NCBI GenBank assembly: GCA_964016885.1
Contig: OZ024741.1
Span: 9,672,001 to 9,736,000 of the forward strand
Reading direction: 5' to 3'
DNA length: 64,000 nt
Origin: Eledone cirrhosa
Taxonomy: Eukaryota
In this document: positions 47,866 through 61,389 of the stretch, piece by piece
Numbering within the stretch: position 1 is the first letter of the stretch
Layout of the letters: each line of letters begins with the position of its first letter
Notes under the pieces: model-generated
What the model was told of the DNA's origin: nothing
Databases searched by the model: none
Seen by the model: only the letters and a program-made list of their open reading frames with translations
Made by a program: the position numbers and the translations under genes

Positions 47866-48267
47866 GTGTATTATCGACAGGTGTGGAAAAAGTAGTCTGG
47901 GGCGGCCAGCGTGAGCCCCCAATTACTCATAATATTGAGAGATGGGGAGAGCGGGAGTGACGGGGTCAGTGGCAGTGGGAGTTTGGTTCCTTTGTGTTTA
48001 GACATGGTATATATGTATATGTTTCACACACTCACACTGGGTCTATAACACACTGTTACTGTATATATAATGATATAGACACTATTACTTTATATATACA
48101 CTATCTACATATGTATATTTACCCGTGAGAAACAATGATAGTTTTAAATTGCTTCAAAGCATACAGAAGTAGGGTTTAAATATTGAAGTGGTGAGCCTTG
48201 TTATTCTGGAGTTTCCCCTGCACACACGCCGGAACAACACGCAAATACACACACATTATATATATAG

Positions 48268-48318
48268 GGCTTCCTGTTGATTTCTCCCGAATGAAATAGT
48301 TCTAGGCCTGTAGAAGCC
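48268..48318 (+). ncRNA. Family B hammerhead with core mutation (CTGTTGA)
   Basis: ggcttc-CTGTTGA-tttctcccgaat-GAAA-tagttctaggcctg-TA-gaagcc; perfect 6-bp stem I. Confidence 0.6.
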
Positions 48319-48395
48319 ATTTCTGTATTAAATATTTATACTCTTCTATGTATTGAGTACCTTACTTACTGTGGTTACCCCCGATTGAACCCGGG

Positions 48396-48442
<47 letters not shown>

Positions 48443-48494
48443 GAAGATCCCGTTAAGGCTGACAGCAGCGATTCCTTGCTTAAACTTTAATCTG

Positions 48495-48596
<102 letters not shown>

Positions 48597-48733
48597 TGTT
48601 ATACATGGGGAGGCTCATATTGTAATAACATTGCCAGAAATAATAATAGAAGACACTCAGTTTGGTTGGTTTTCGCAGTGAGTGTGTTCTGTTATTATTT
48701 CTGGCAATATATATATATATATATGTGTGGTTA

Positions 48734-48786
<53 letters not shown>

Positions 48787-48788
<2 letters not shown>

Positions 48789-48965
48789 CGAAGGAGGTGT
48801 GGTAAGGAACCACATGGATCATAACGCACCAGAGTACTCAACACTTAGGGTAGTAGAGTGGGTAATAAGAAAATGTTTAACCCCAACGGCAGAGCTCAAG
48901 CCGTTTCGGCGGCTATTTCTGGATGTCGAAACGGCTTGAGCTCTGCCGTCGGGGTTAAACATTTT

Positions 48966-48970
<5 letters not shown>
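48787..48970. mobile_element. Family A fold-back element
   Basis: Tail plus palindrome. Confidence 0.8.
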
Positions 48971-49011
<41 letters not shown>

Positions 49012-49512
49012 TTAAAACAATGAAATAAAAAATCAAGTCATTAGAGATATACTTCACTGCTTTACGATCGTTTCTAGATGGTGATAATACATTGTATCTA
49101 TACTCAGTTATTGATCTATGTAAGTTTTCAAACTATCAGGTAGAGAGAATATTTACTTACATGCATATCACCAGCTGTTTTCAAAAGCAATAAGAATTTT
49201 ATTCAATAATAATTTTACTCAGAATTAGTATCATGTCCATATTTGGAGGTAGTTGAAGAACTAACGAATCAAATTGTTTTTTTCATATGGTGTTGAGATG
49301 AAAAGTAATACACTTTAGTTGAGGTCCAGTTATATTGATATCTAACCAAAATATACATACGTGCAAATAGATGCAAACCTAAATACACATCCACACGGAT
49401 GCATATAATCATATATATACATATCCATACATATCTATATTCACACATACACATCTATACCCCCATATATACATATACATATACATATACAGATACATAC
49501 ACATGTACACAC

Positions 49513-49550
<38 letters not shown>

Positions 49551-49641
49551 CGAAGGAAATGTGGTAAGGAACCAGGTGGACCATAACGCACCAAAGTAAT
49601 CAATACTTAGGGTAGTAGAGTGGGTAATAGGAACAAGTAAG

Positions 49642-49735
49642 ACCCCGACGGCTGAGCTCAAGCCGTTTCGACGGCTAATTCTGGACTGAATAAAAATTTA
49701 TTCTGGTATTTAAATAGCCGAGCTTATCAAGGGGT
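49642..49735 (-). ncRNA. Type I hammerhead, U3-A8 core variant (family A)
   Basis: Reverse complement of 50745-50838. Confidence 0.7.
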
Positions 49736-50744
49736 AATTCCATTTATGGTCAAAGAGATAATCACCAGGATTGGTCACATCACAAGTTAGTAGTAAATCT
49801 GTGATGGTAAATTGGTAGGGGAAGGGGTAGCTGAACCTGCCGGTAGGAGAAAAAGGGAGAGGGGGTGGAGTAGACCCATTCCTGCGTTGGTAGTGCCTGC
49901 TACAGCTGGGTGTGAGGTCAAAGAAGATACTTGGGAGGGGGAGGGGGAGGAAATCGAAACGGAAAGTAGAACAATGAGGGGTAAAACTATAAAAAGTACT
50001 GAGAGAGAAAACAAAAAAAAAAATAAGCAAAGTCTGGTTACTAAGACTTAAGTCTCTCGCTATTGCTAGGCTAAAGAAATACATAAATAAATAAACAAAT
50101 AAATAAGTGAATAAAAGAATGGATAGATAAAATTAAAAAAAATATATATATATAATGAAGAATAAAAAATAAATAAAAATAAACTAGGTGGGACGGAAAT
50201 AAAGGGACCCTTATACGAGGTATAAGTGCGTGTATCGTACGGTGACGGGTCAACAAAGGGGGGGGGGGGGGCAAAATACTAAAGAGACTACCACGAAATA
50301 ATAAAGGTTTCTACCCCAATCACAGGGGCCAGCAACCACCCAGAGCAAGAAAGTAAACTAGTACGAGAATATAATTCAGGGTCCCGCAAAAAAATACTCG
50401 TGCTAACTCTAAGGGTACCGCCACGAAGCAAAAAGTCTTATACAAGCTACATGAAAGATCGTACGAAGTAAAAGTAAAGAACGAAAATTAATACAGACCC
50501 ACCCCCCCCACACGAAAAAGGGAAAAAGAAGAAAGAAATACTGGATAAACGAGAAATTAAAGCAAAGATGCCACTAAGAAATATAGAAGGCACGGAAAAA
50601 AGGGACAGCGGTCGGAGAAGGGGGCAAGTATCCGAGGTCTAACACCTCTGCTATAAATTTGCTACCAATTTGCCATCACAGATTTACTACTAACTTGTGA
50701 TGTGACCAATCCTGGTGATTATCTCTTTGACCATAAATGGAATT

Positions 50745-50838
50745 ACCCCTTGATAAGCTCGGCTATTTAAATACCAGAATAAATTTTCATTCGGTCCAGA
50801 ATTAGCCGTCGAAACGGCTTGAGCTCAGCCGTCGGGGT
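50745..50838 (+). ncRNA. Type I hammerhead, U3-A8 core variant (family A)
   Basis: acccc-TTGATAA-gctcggcta...tagccgtc-GAAA-cggct tgagctc agccg-TC-ggggt. Confidence 0.7.
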
Positions 50839-50848
50839 CTTACTTGTT

Positions 50849-50896
<48 letters not shown>

Positions 50897-51011
50897 TACA
50901 TACATACATATATACATGTACATACATATAGACACACACATACATACATACATACATATATACATACATATATACACACATATATACACATATATACATA
51001 TATATATACAC

Positions 51012-51050
<39 letters not shown>

Positions 51051-51247
51051 CATATATATACATATACATACACATATATATATATACAACACACACACAT
51101 ACACATATATATACACACCTGTGTGAGCATATGTACACTCCTCTTACATGTGCACATACTCGTATATAAACATTCATACACCTATACTCACATATACACA
51201 CACACAAACACATATATACACATATATATATATACATACATACGCAT

Positions 51248-51278
<31 letters not shown>

Positions 51279-51295
51279 CACATATATATACACAC

Positions 51296-51345
<50 letters not shown>

Positions 51346-51855
51346 ATATACACATATACATACACATACATATACATAGGTACACACACACAAGCATATA
51401 CATATATACACATATACAAAGCTTTTTCCCCTGAATAAATGAATTTTTCGAGAATGACCGGGGCAGGCCGCACTTGCTACATTTCTCCCCACCCAACCCT
51501 ACTCACCGTCTCAACTCATTACTGCTATGTACACTTTTTCAACACACCTACACCCATGCACTTATTAAAGGGGGAGAAAAGAAACCCCCACCACACCACA
51601 GACATGTTAAATCCCTATATATAGAACAACACACCACATACACATCAGTTTGACAAGCGCACCTCAGCGTGAAAGGTCTTTCTAAAAACGAAACCATACC
51701 TCCTACGTTAACCAAGAACTCCTAAGACCTAACCAACAACCAACAACTGAATTTATAAAATAATTTTTTTTAAGAAAAATTATTTTTGGATTTTGTGAAG
51801 AAAATAAATTTGTTGAAAGCACAAGTGAAGCCATTTTTTCTTCTTCCCCCCTGTC

Positions 51856-51903
<48 letters not shown>

Positions 51904-52235
51904 AATAAAGATTCAGCGAGAATCGCATTTCGGCGGCAGGAAGAGCGAAGCGAAACGCAAAAATCAGAAATGATACTGGCAAAGTGCTCAATAGTTAAAA
52001 ACCAGAGCTAAACAATGTGTTCAGAAGCCATACAAAACTGAAAAGGTGGTCAAGAAGGCATTAACCACCCAAGCCAAAAACCAAATCAAGCTAAACAGGT
52101 CAAAACGAAATAAATGATAACAAATAAATGATAACCAGACGTATATATATATATATGGAACCAGCTTTTGAAACGGCAAGAGGTCAGTGGTCGGGCCCCT
52201 ACTCTTTACAATATATATATATATATGTATATATA

Positions 52236-52490
52236 TATTGTTATGCTTTGGGAGGGTCACGTTGCCAATAAGACACACACGCACCAATTGCTTTCACTCC
52301 AATTTATTATAAATTAAATTTATAAATTTAAAAATTTATAAATTTCCGGTTGGTTGGCTGGTTCCACAACCGGACGGCTGTTCAACCAACCGGAAATTTA
52401 TAAATTCTTAAATTTATAAATTTAATTTATAATAAATTGGAGTGAAAGCAGCTGGTGCGTGTGTGTCTTATTGTCAACATGACCCTCCCT
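52236..52490. mobile_element. Fold-back element of another short family (half hammerhead)
   Basis: Inverted arms around about 52370, each with caaccg-GAAA-tttataaa-T; single arm at 38205-38346; fragments at about 9050, 9400, 12040 and 48595. Confidence 0.65.
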
Positions 52491-52645
52491 TACTTTAAAT
52501 TTTCAGCAAATTTAAAGTAAGTGAGTCTGTCACTACTCTAAAACAATAGCGTAAGGTCTTCGAAATGCTTTTAATTAAGCATACAATGTATTGCAAAATC
52601 CACTGTATATACATTCATATATATATCACTATTTCAGAGCACCAA

Positions 52646-52723
<78 letters not shown>

Positions 52724-53328
52724 GAAACACCCAAATTTAATAGTTGAAGTTGACCTCAGTGAAATTTGAAACCGGAACGTAGAGACTGGTAAGAACCTGA
52801 CCAATGTATTTTGTCCCACAATTCAGCGTCTCTGCCAGTTTCACGTATGCAGGGGTATGTGTAGAAGAGATCGTATATAATATGCAAAACAATCCGACTG
52901 TTGCTAATCTTATTACTAGATAGCTCCGCCCCCAACACTAACTGGTATATTAACTAGCTTTTAATTAGCACTGATTAATAAGTTAAGATATTAATTGTGT
53001 GTTTTATTTGCCACTCCCACTCCCTCTTATTGTTGGTAACGTTAAAAGTAAGACTGAGATATAATTAGGGCGGGAAATTTATCAGTAGGAGGAGTTTCTG
53101 TGTGGACACACCCACTTATTGATGCTTGCTTATGCGTATGTATTTACATTTACACTTTCACTGGTTTCGGTCATTAGATTGCGGCCATGCTGGTGTACCA
53201 CCTTAATTTAATCGATCATATCGATTCCCAGTATTTACTTATTTACTGCTATTATTTTCTCGATCCCTTTTTATTGAAGCGCTAGGTTATGTGATATAAA
53301 TACACGCGTACACATACACATACACACG

Positions 53329-54137
53329 TATTCTCTCGGGTTTAGAATACTGCCTCCCCCTAAAATTTTCTTCCACCCACCCGTCACTCTTATTCCACCC
53401 ACCCTTCGTACTTATTCCACCCACCCGTCACTCTTATTCCACCCACCCTTCGCTCTTATTCCACCCACCCTTCGTACTTATTCCACCCACCCGTCACTCT
53501 TATTCCACCCACCCTTCGCTCTTATTCCACCCACCCTTCGTACTTATTCCACCCACCCGTCACTCTTATTCCACCCACCCGTCACTCTTATTCCACCCAC
53601 CCTTCGCTCTTATTCCACCCACCCTTCGTACTTATTCCACCCACCCGTCACTCTTATTCCACCCACCCTTCGTACTTATTCCACCCACCCTTCGTACTTA
53701 TTCCACCCACCCGTCACTCTTATTCCACCCACCCGTCGCTCTTATTCCACCCACCCTTCGTACTTATTCCACCCACCCGTCACTCTTATTCCACCCACCC
53801 GTCACTCTTATTCCACCCACCCTTCGTACTTATTCCACCCACCCTTCGTACTTATTCCACCCACCCGTCACTCTTATTCCACCCACCCGTCACTCTTATT
53901 CCATCTTCCCTCCTTATTAAATTTTGTTAATCTATCTCCGGCGAAATTTTATTAAAATTATACATGACAAAAAAAAAAAATACATTACTAGAAATCCCAT
54001 AAGTTATAAAATGAATAGAATGTAAACTAAACGACTAATTCTGGTTTTCAAAAAAGTCAACGCACACAACCGAGAACATATAACGATTCCCCCTCCCGCT
54101 TATTCCAACACCCCCTCTTTATTTGGGACCAGAGTTA
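53329..54137. mobile_element. DNA transposon-like element containing a 22-bp minisatellite (53370-53903)
   Basis: Unit cttattccacccacccgtcact / cttattccacccacccttcgta; flanks homologous to 37389-37728. Confidence 0.65.
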
Positions 54138-54499
54138 TGGCACTTTACTTTGCGAGTTCAAATCCCGCCGAGGTCAGCTTTGACTTTCATCCTTACGGGG
54201 GTCGATAAGTAAAGTATCAGTAACACAATGGTGTCGATTTAATTATCTTTCCCTTTCCCTAAATAGTGTTGCTCATGTGCCTAAATCAGAAACCATCATT
54301 TGGAACCAGAATGTGTGTATATATGTATATATATGTATATATATGTATATATATATATATACACCGATAAATCCACCAATTAATGGTAGGGTCCAAGGCG
54401 TATGAAGAAGTCAATGTAATCCGTATGTAGAAGATGTCGTGAAGCAAAGTTTAAAATAAAAAATTTCAACGATATAATTCATTGGATACAGAGTCAAAA

Positions 54500-54595
54500 A
54501 TACAAATAGTGAAAACAATGAAATTAAACAAAAAACGGTAAATTCAGTGAATTAACCGTATTTTTGTTTAATTTCATTGTTTTCACTATTTGTAT
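54500..54595. repeat. ~95-bp palindrome
   Basis: atacaaatagtgaaaacaatgaaattaaacaaaaa...tttttgtttaatttcattgttttcactatttgtat. Confidence 0.9.
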
Positions 54596-54622
54596 GTATA
54601 TATATATATATATATATACATA

Positions 54623-54838
54623 CATGTTCACCGACATCCAGAGTTGACACTGCACTCAGTGCTTCCGTGGGAGCCCCTACATGGACACACTGGAAGAGGA
54701 AGACCAAGGTTAGCGTATGTTGATGCCCTAAGGACAGACACTGGTCTGTTGGAGACGCAGGACATGGCAGCGATAATGGGGGACAGGGACCGCTGGAGAG
54801 AACTCGTCCATGGATCTGGGGAATTTTACCCGCCCTAG

Positions 54839-54840
<2 letters not shown>
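54623..54840 (+). mobile_element. RTE-type LINE 3' end
   Basis: HRHPELTLHSVLPWEPLHGHTGRGRPRLAYVDALRTDTG; matches 1458-1676. Confidence 0.85.
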
Positions 54841-54926
<86 letters not shown>

Positions 54927-54980
54927 ATATAAATGAAATAACAGGAGGCTGGGCTGGTGTGAATCCTTGAAAGGTTTATT

Positions 54981-55038
54981 ATACTATGATCATTTCAATG
55001 ACCGGGTTCCATATGAATCCGGTGATATCATCAGGTAT
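54981..55038 (-). ncRNA. Type I hammerhead ribozyme (family C)
   Basis: atac-CTGATGA-tatcaccggattcatatggaacccggtcatt-GAAA-tgatca-TA-gtat-AATAAA; the family tail lies inverted at 55160-55250. Confidence 0.75.
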
Positions 55039-55802
55039 TGGAATATAACAAAGGAATATGTAAAAAGCCATGGGTCCGAAAAATCAGAGACAGAGGGGAC
55101 GGCTGACCGACTAGCACCATATTCGCACCACCAACTACACAAACGAAGATGGGTGAACTGCACTACGTTGAGTACTCTCCACAATATTACACCAGGATTG
55201 ACCATACGGAATAACCAGTTCTATCCAGTGGTGAACCAACAAACCTAAATATATATATATATATATATATAGTTAGGAAAGCAGAAAATTACTTATTGCA
55301 ATCCAGTTCGTGGTTAAGACAGCCAGTTTCTTGGACGGTTTCTAACGTACGGTTAGGGGTAACTCCACAAGTTTGCAAGAATGTGGTTGGTAAATCACGT
55401 TCAATCAAGGAGTATAAAGAATAAAAGAGAAAACACAGGTAAGCATTAAAAAAAGGATTTTATCCAGGTATTTACGACCGTTTCATTGGTAAGCGGAACC
55501 TTATATCGCTATACTGCAAATAGCAGCCACTCGATAATAAATGTTATTCACCTCAACATTTTCAAAATAATGAATAAGTTACTTGTAAAAGGTTCTTAAT
55601 ATATAAAAAAAAGCATTTTTTGGGGAAAAGTATTTACTAGTATAGAGAGAGAGGAAGGGGGAGAAGAATTAGGAAGTAAAGGGACAAACGGAGATGGGGG
55701 GAGGGGTAAAGATGGAAGGATTCCTCGATCAGTTTTGATTCGTAGACTTGATGTCGTCAATTTACAGTGTAGGGAGTTAAAGAGAATTAAATTGTTTATA
55801 GT

Positions 55803-55855
<53 letters not shown>

Positions 55856-56094
55856 AGAGAGAGAAAGAGAGCGAAATATATATATAAAAAAGGGGGAAGA
55901 GAAAAAAGAAGAAAAGAAAAGAGAACAAAAAAGAGGGAGAGAAGAAAGGAAGGAAACGAAAAAAGAGAAAAGGAATGAAGGAGGAGAGAAGGACATAAGT
56001 ATTGGTTATTGTAGGTAATTAAAGGGGTTAGGTTCAATAAGAGGGTAGAAAGTCTAAGTATATGCAGTTTGTCAGGTGGTAGTAGGAGGTTAAG

Positions 56095-56296
56095 GGTTCG
56101 ATTTGCACTTGTAGTGCGAAAAGTTTTCTCTAAGTCTATGGTTGCAATAAACTGATCTAACTGATCTAAATTGATCTAAATTGAGTAACCTATTCTTCGA
56201 ACTCAAAATGTGGAACAGTTCAAGGTCACACAACAGACAGCTTCTCATACCACTCCGATATGCAGGCGCGTTCGATAATTTCTTCCACTTCAGGGT
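56095..56296 (-). pseudogene. Second PLE GIY-YIG C-terminal remnant
   Basis: TLKWKKLSNAPAYRSGMRSCLLCDLELFHILSSKNRLLN...YCNHRLR. Confidence 0.7.
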
Positions 56297-56745
56297 GTAT
56301 TGATGGTTACTTTCCCTCAGTTGTCAGGTCTTGTTCGCAAGGGTAGTTACATAAGGATGCTGGGAATGTTTCATTGCGTAACGATGTGTATACCAACGAT
56401 GTATACTTTAGAGAATACTGAATGTTCTCAAGAGTTCTAGTGAGTGACAGGAGAGATACACTATCTTGACTGTTGACAAAGGGCAATAACCCAGGAACAA
56501 TATTAATGTCCATTGTTTCTCTCCGTCACCGCTAGAACAAAAGGATGGCGATGGTCGTCTAACAAACATAGTGTGATGAGGCTGTTTGCTTACAAACGAA
56601 TCGAATATGATTATTCAATGTAAAACTCACGAATACATATTCTGACAATATTTATCCCGGAAGTGTTGACTCACTCAAAAGTGATAAAACTAAGCAATAA
56701 ATGTTTTTAATAGGAAGAATCAGAAAGCCTCATATCACTTGTGAG

Positions 56746-56852
56746 TGTTTCCTTGAAATGATGTGATAGTAAATTCAGCATACATACATGATGGCGGCAA
56801 CTCGCAGCCTGTATGTATGCTGAATTTAGTAGAACGTCATTTCAAGGAAACA
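56746..56852. repeat. Imperfect palindrome / small MITE-like element
   Basis: tgtttccttgaaatga...taaattcagcatacataca / tgtatgtatgctgaattta...tcatttcaaggaaaca. Confidence 0.75.
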
Positions 56853-57038
56853 TACATACATACATAGGCAATAACATCCATACCTGCACACACACATGCT
56901 CGCATGCAGACATGCTTACATACATATCTACCTAGTTGATGCTGTTTAAATTCCAATAAAAGTCTTGTATCTATTTTAGAAACCGACTCTCTATTGGTAA
57001 AACATTATAAAACCAGAAGAATATACATAAATACATAC

Positions 57039-57184
<146 letters not shown>

Positions 57185-57270
57185 TGAATGGACCTGTTAT
57201 TTTTATCTAAATACATTTTTTCCAATTCCATCCCGCCCGTACCATCAATCTATTTTATTTCTCATTCTTT

Positions 57271-57386
57271 CTTCCGATGAAGGACTAGCCTCCGAAACTT
57301 TAAGACCCTCTTCCTGCTATATCAAGCGTTAACCTAATATATCCCTTCCATATACTGTACCGATTGTGTTGTTATTTCTGTTTACC

Positions 57387-57390
<4 letters not shown>
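57271..57390 (+). mobile_element. Family F element with mutated hammerhead core
   Basis: CCGATGA-aggactagcctcc-GAAA; reverse-complement homolog of 3653-3830. Confidence 0.55.
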
Positions 57391-57468
<78 letters not shown>

Positions 57469-59791
57469 TAACTGCCACTTCTTTACAAAAGAAGCCCATT
57501 CCTTCACCAAATTCCCTCCTATTAAGAACCACTGCCAACTACAGACTGCTGGCCAGTTTAATGACTGAACAGGCTTTGTTTAGGTCACCTTTTCCTAGCC
57601 CCTTCCCATATGGTACAGGTGAGCAGTACGTCCCCCAAAAGAACTGCTCAGATTCTCAAGACTCCACTGAAACATGTTTCTGTTCAGGATAACAGTGCAG
57701 CGACATTAGGATAAGACTGGAGCCACCCACGTCTAGATTTGTGACTAACTGGTCGAGTCTGCACACGTTGCCACTCCTTTACTGCTTGTGAAGAAATATC
57801 TGCACTTAAAGATGGCAATGCTACGTGCTTGTGCTACACACATAGCACCCACCCAACCCTGCAACTGTGTGTCCAGTGACATACATTCATACATACAGAC
57901 ATACACACATACATATATACATAGATTCATACATACACACATACATATAAACATACATTCATACATACATACATACATGCATATAAATATGCATGCATAC
58001 ATACTTACATACATACACATATACATAAATACACACATAGATACATATTTAAGTATGTTGAGAGAGATAATAGTGAAAAGTGGCTGTCTCTATCATTCAC
58101 ACAACACAATGAAATATATAATATCGATACTTCGATCAAATTTGTGACATCATACATAGATTTAAGATAAAGTCCCATAACACCACTGTGATAACATTGA
58201 TTTGTTTTCTTTATCATAAGACTTGTTCTATAGAAGACGAACTGTTTTATCGATTGTTAGAACTTTTGTATAGTATTAGAATTAATTTAATAGTTTTGAG
58301 GGGAAAAGTAAGTCTATTAAAACGAACTCAGTACTTTATTGACCACTTAGGATTTGAACTCACAACGTAAGGAGCCAGAACAAATATTGCTGAGCATTTG
58401 TCCCACGCTCTAATGACTCTTCCTGAACCACCGCTCTAATGAATATTTCTAACATTGTCAAAATCAACCCAATACTTTACTGGTACTTTATTTTACCAAC
58501 TCCCAGGAGGATAAAAATCGAAGTTGATCTCGGCGGGATTTGAACTAAGAAGGTAAAGAGCCGGCATATATAGAGCTAATCAAATGTCTGAATCAATATT
58601 GAAATTAATTGAAATAATTCTTAATGAGTGACGTGAAACATTTTCAGCTCCCAACAACTACTAACTCTCTAAAATATTGAAAGGAGATCCACAGAAAGAT
58701 GTAGTAATCAAGGGACTATGTTGAAAAATAAACCTCATTTGGTCATTCCACGAGAGTATCTTAGTCAGCGTATGGACCTTTCAGCTGACCCTCGTATGTA
58801 TGCATACATGTCTATTTAAAGTGTCGATGCATGTATGCATAAAAATACTTCTTACGCCCAAAATATAGAAATGGTTGTAAATATTTCTATTCACATAAAT
58901 CACATAAAACCACCATTTGTTCTACCATGCAAAACTGTTTATTTTAAACTGTTTGTATTTATCTAAATTACTTCCATCATAATGTTATGAAAGAACCTTT
59001 ATTAAGGTATACTCCATACACCAGCTTGGTAAAGAGAAACTTAGTTATTTCAATAAATCAAAAGTTTTGATTATTTTCAGAATTCTGTGGTTACAAAAAT
59101 GTCAACTGACTTAGTTTTGCTTCTACCAATATTGTTTCTATGAAGCAGATTTACAGGAGGAATTCCTTCATGGTATCTCCTTACGGTTGACTTTTCCGCA
59201 ATTAATACAGTACTTTCTGCTCCTCGGAACAAGCAGGTCTCCTGCTGTTGGGCCCTGGCTCACCCAACTCCACCCCCTCCACTAATACTTCCTTTCCTGA
59301 ACGCCGAATCTCTGGAATCTATTCCCTACTTTTTGATTTGTTTTCTTTACAACCATCACACAATTCGGTTTCATTGGTATTTAAAGTGAAAATCTAGAAG
59401 GATAAAATATAATAGTTTCTTCACCCAAGACACTTCCAACGAGATATGCCTTGGAGGAGGCCAGCTAAACCTGCATAGGTGTTAGCTGTAACAACAACAG
59501 TACATTACTGGTACTTTATTTTTTCGACCCGGCAAGGATAAAAGGCAAAGCTAACATCGGCGGGATTTGAACTCAGAACGTAAAGGACCATAACCCTAGG
59601 CTGCAAAGCATGGTATCAGACGCGCTACCAATGCTACTAATTCTCCGCCCTAATAGCGTTAAAAATCAGTTTAAAATACATATAGACAAAAGAAAAGTGG
59701 CCAGCAGCCGTTACGATGAATCGAACTTCACATCTCTCAAATTCCGGCTTAGCGCTCTAGAAATCGTTGTAAATATGCCTCTTTTTTGTTG

Positions 59792-60049
59792 TTAATCCTT
59801 TTGATACTAAACTGTACGAAACCACCTCTGTTTTTACAATGTAAAACCGTTTGCTTTAAAGTGTTGATATTTATCTAATAGCTTTCCATCAATTTTATGT
59901 AAAAACTTTTATTAAGTTGTGCTCCAAACACCAGCTTAATAATGAGAAACAGATCTTACCAAATGTCTCCAATTGTTTTATTATTTTCAAAATTACTTGA
60001 GAATTATAGCCGGTGTATTTTATTAGAGATATGATAAGAAAAAGGTTAA
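59792..60049. mobile_element. TTAA-flanked MITE (piggyBac/Kolobok-like)
   Basis: ttaatcctttt...aaaaggttaa ends; diverged copy at about 58905-59100. Confidence 0.5.
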
Positions 60050-60097
60050 CTGATTCAATCTAGCAGTAGTGTTTCTATGAAGGAAGATCTATAGGAG

Positions 60098-60408
60098 CAG
60101 GGCTGGATTTAATGGGGGGCAAAAGGGGCAATTGCCCAGGACACCTTACAGTGGGAGCCCCACCAGCGATGGCCGTAGCAATCTATCTGTGTCCCCAACT
60201 GGGCCTTTTAGTTTTAGGAGAGTTAGACTTTTTGAATTTAATACCTCTCTTTATAACTTTTCAATCCCAATTACTTGCGCCAAGCTAATTTTGATAGGTA
60301 AAATTGGGTGGGGTGGGGTAGGGGAATTGCTGTGAATTCTATTTTTTGTGTGTATGAGGGGTCCCCCAAACCTGAAGTGCCCCGGCACCCCTAAGGTTTA
60401 AAACCCTG
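60098..60408. mobile_element. hAT-type MITE
   Basis: CAGGG...CCCTG ends with a perfect 8-bp TSD tataggag (60090-60097, 60409-60416). Confidence 0.85.
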
Positions 60409-60575
60409 TATAGGAGTAATGTTATTCTACGCTATACACCAGTGGTTGGTTTACTTGAAAACAATAAACTGTTGGTCACAACTCACTATCACAATACATC
60501 TTAACGATTCTCACTTCAATTAATTTAACATCAATTTTATGTTCCCCGCAGTTTAAGTATATCTCTTATATCATG

Positions 60576-60705
60576 CGAAGGTGCATGGCTTAGAGGTGAG
60601 CGCACTGGACTTGCAATCGAAAGATTGTGAGTTCAATTCTCGGACCGGGTGATGCAAGACACTTTATTTCACGTTGCTCCAGTTTACTCAGCTGTAGAAA
60701 TGAAA
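60576..60705 (+). mobile_element. tRNA-derived SINE (second family)
   Basis: A box tggcttagagg, B box gagttcaattc. Confidence 0.65.
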
Positions 60706-61332
60706 TGATAGGACTGGGGCCCCTATCATTAATCACCCAAGACACCTCCCACAAGATATATTTTGGAGGAGGCCAGTTAAACCTGCATAGGTGTGAGCTG
60801 TCACACACAAGTATATCTCTTACACTTTTCCTTCGGAACATTAATTCCCAAACCGCCTCTGATTCTATGAAATAAATAAAACCAAATATTTTAAAGGGTT
60901 CTTGTTTAAATTAAAATCTTTCAACAATTTGATAATCTTTTGTTAAGTTATTTTAAAAACACCATCAAATATTTAATACCATTAATAATTAAATATTTAA
61001 TAATTTTAATCAATCCTTCCAAATGTTAGGTTAATGAAATGAAATGTAAAGGTTTTCATTAGAAATAGGGTCACAAAAGGGCCAACGATTTATTTGTTAT
61101 GTGTTTGTGCGGGTGGTGGTACGTGTGTGTTTTGTGTGTGTGTGTGTATGTGTATATCTGTGTTTGTGAGCGTGGTAGTGTATGTATGTGTGAATGTGTG
61201 TACAAGTGTGCATAACTATGCGCATGTGTGTGCGTAGGAGTACGTGTGTATGATAAGTTTATAAGGTTTTATGTAAATATATTTCTGGCCTCGGATCCCC
61301 ATTAATCAGAATCAGTTGTAGCAGTAGCAGCT

Positions 61333-61389
<57 letters not shown>

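Larger units (their letters stand above)
49549..50853 (-). mobile_element. Long family A insertion with ~190-bp inverted pseudo-LTRs
   Basis: Arms 49627-49818 and 50662-50853; ~80-nt tail only on the left arm; (TA)n flanks. Confidence 0.8.

Noticed and set aside
49055-49112. Hammerhead-like motif CTGAGTA...GAAAcgatcgTA (also 35155-35195 and 28184-28198)
   Set aside because: Core substitution and/or missing stem I or II; too degenerate to call.
59420-60801. Duplicated exon pair (FSWPPP / FNWPPP)
   Set aside because: Differences between the copies are mostly non-synonymous in the frames I checked.
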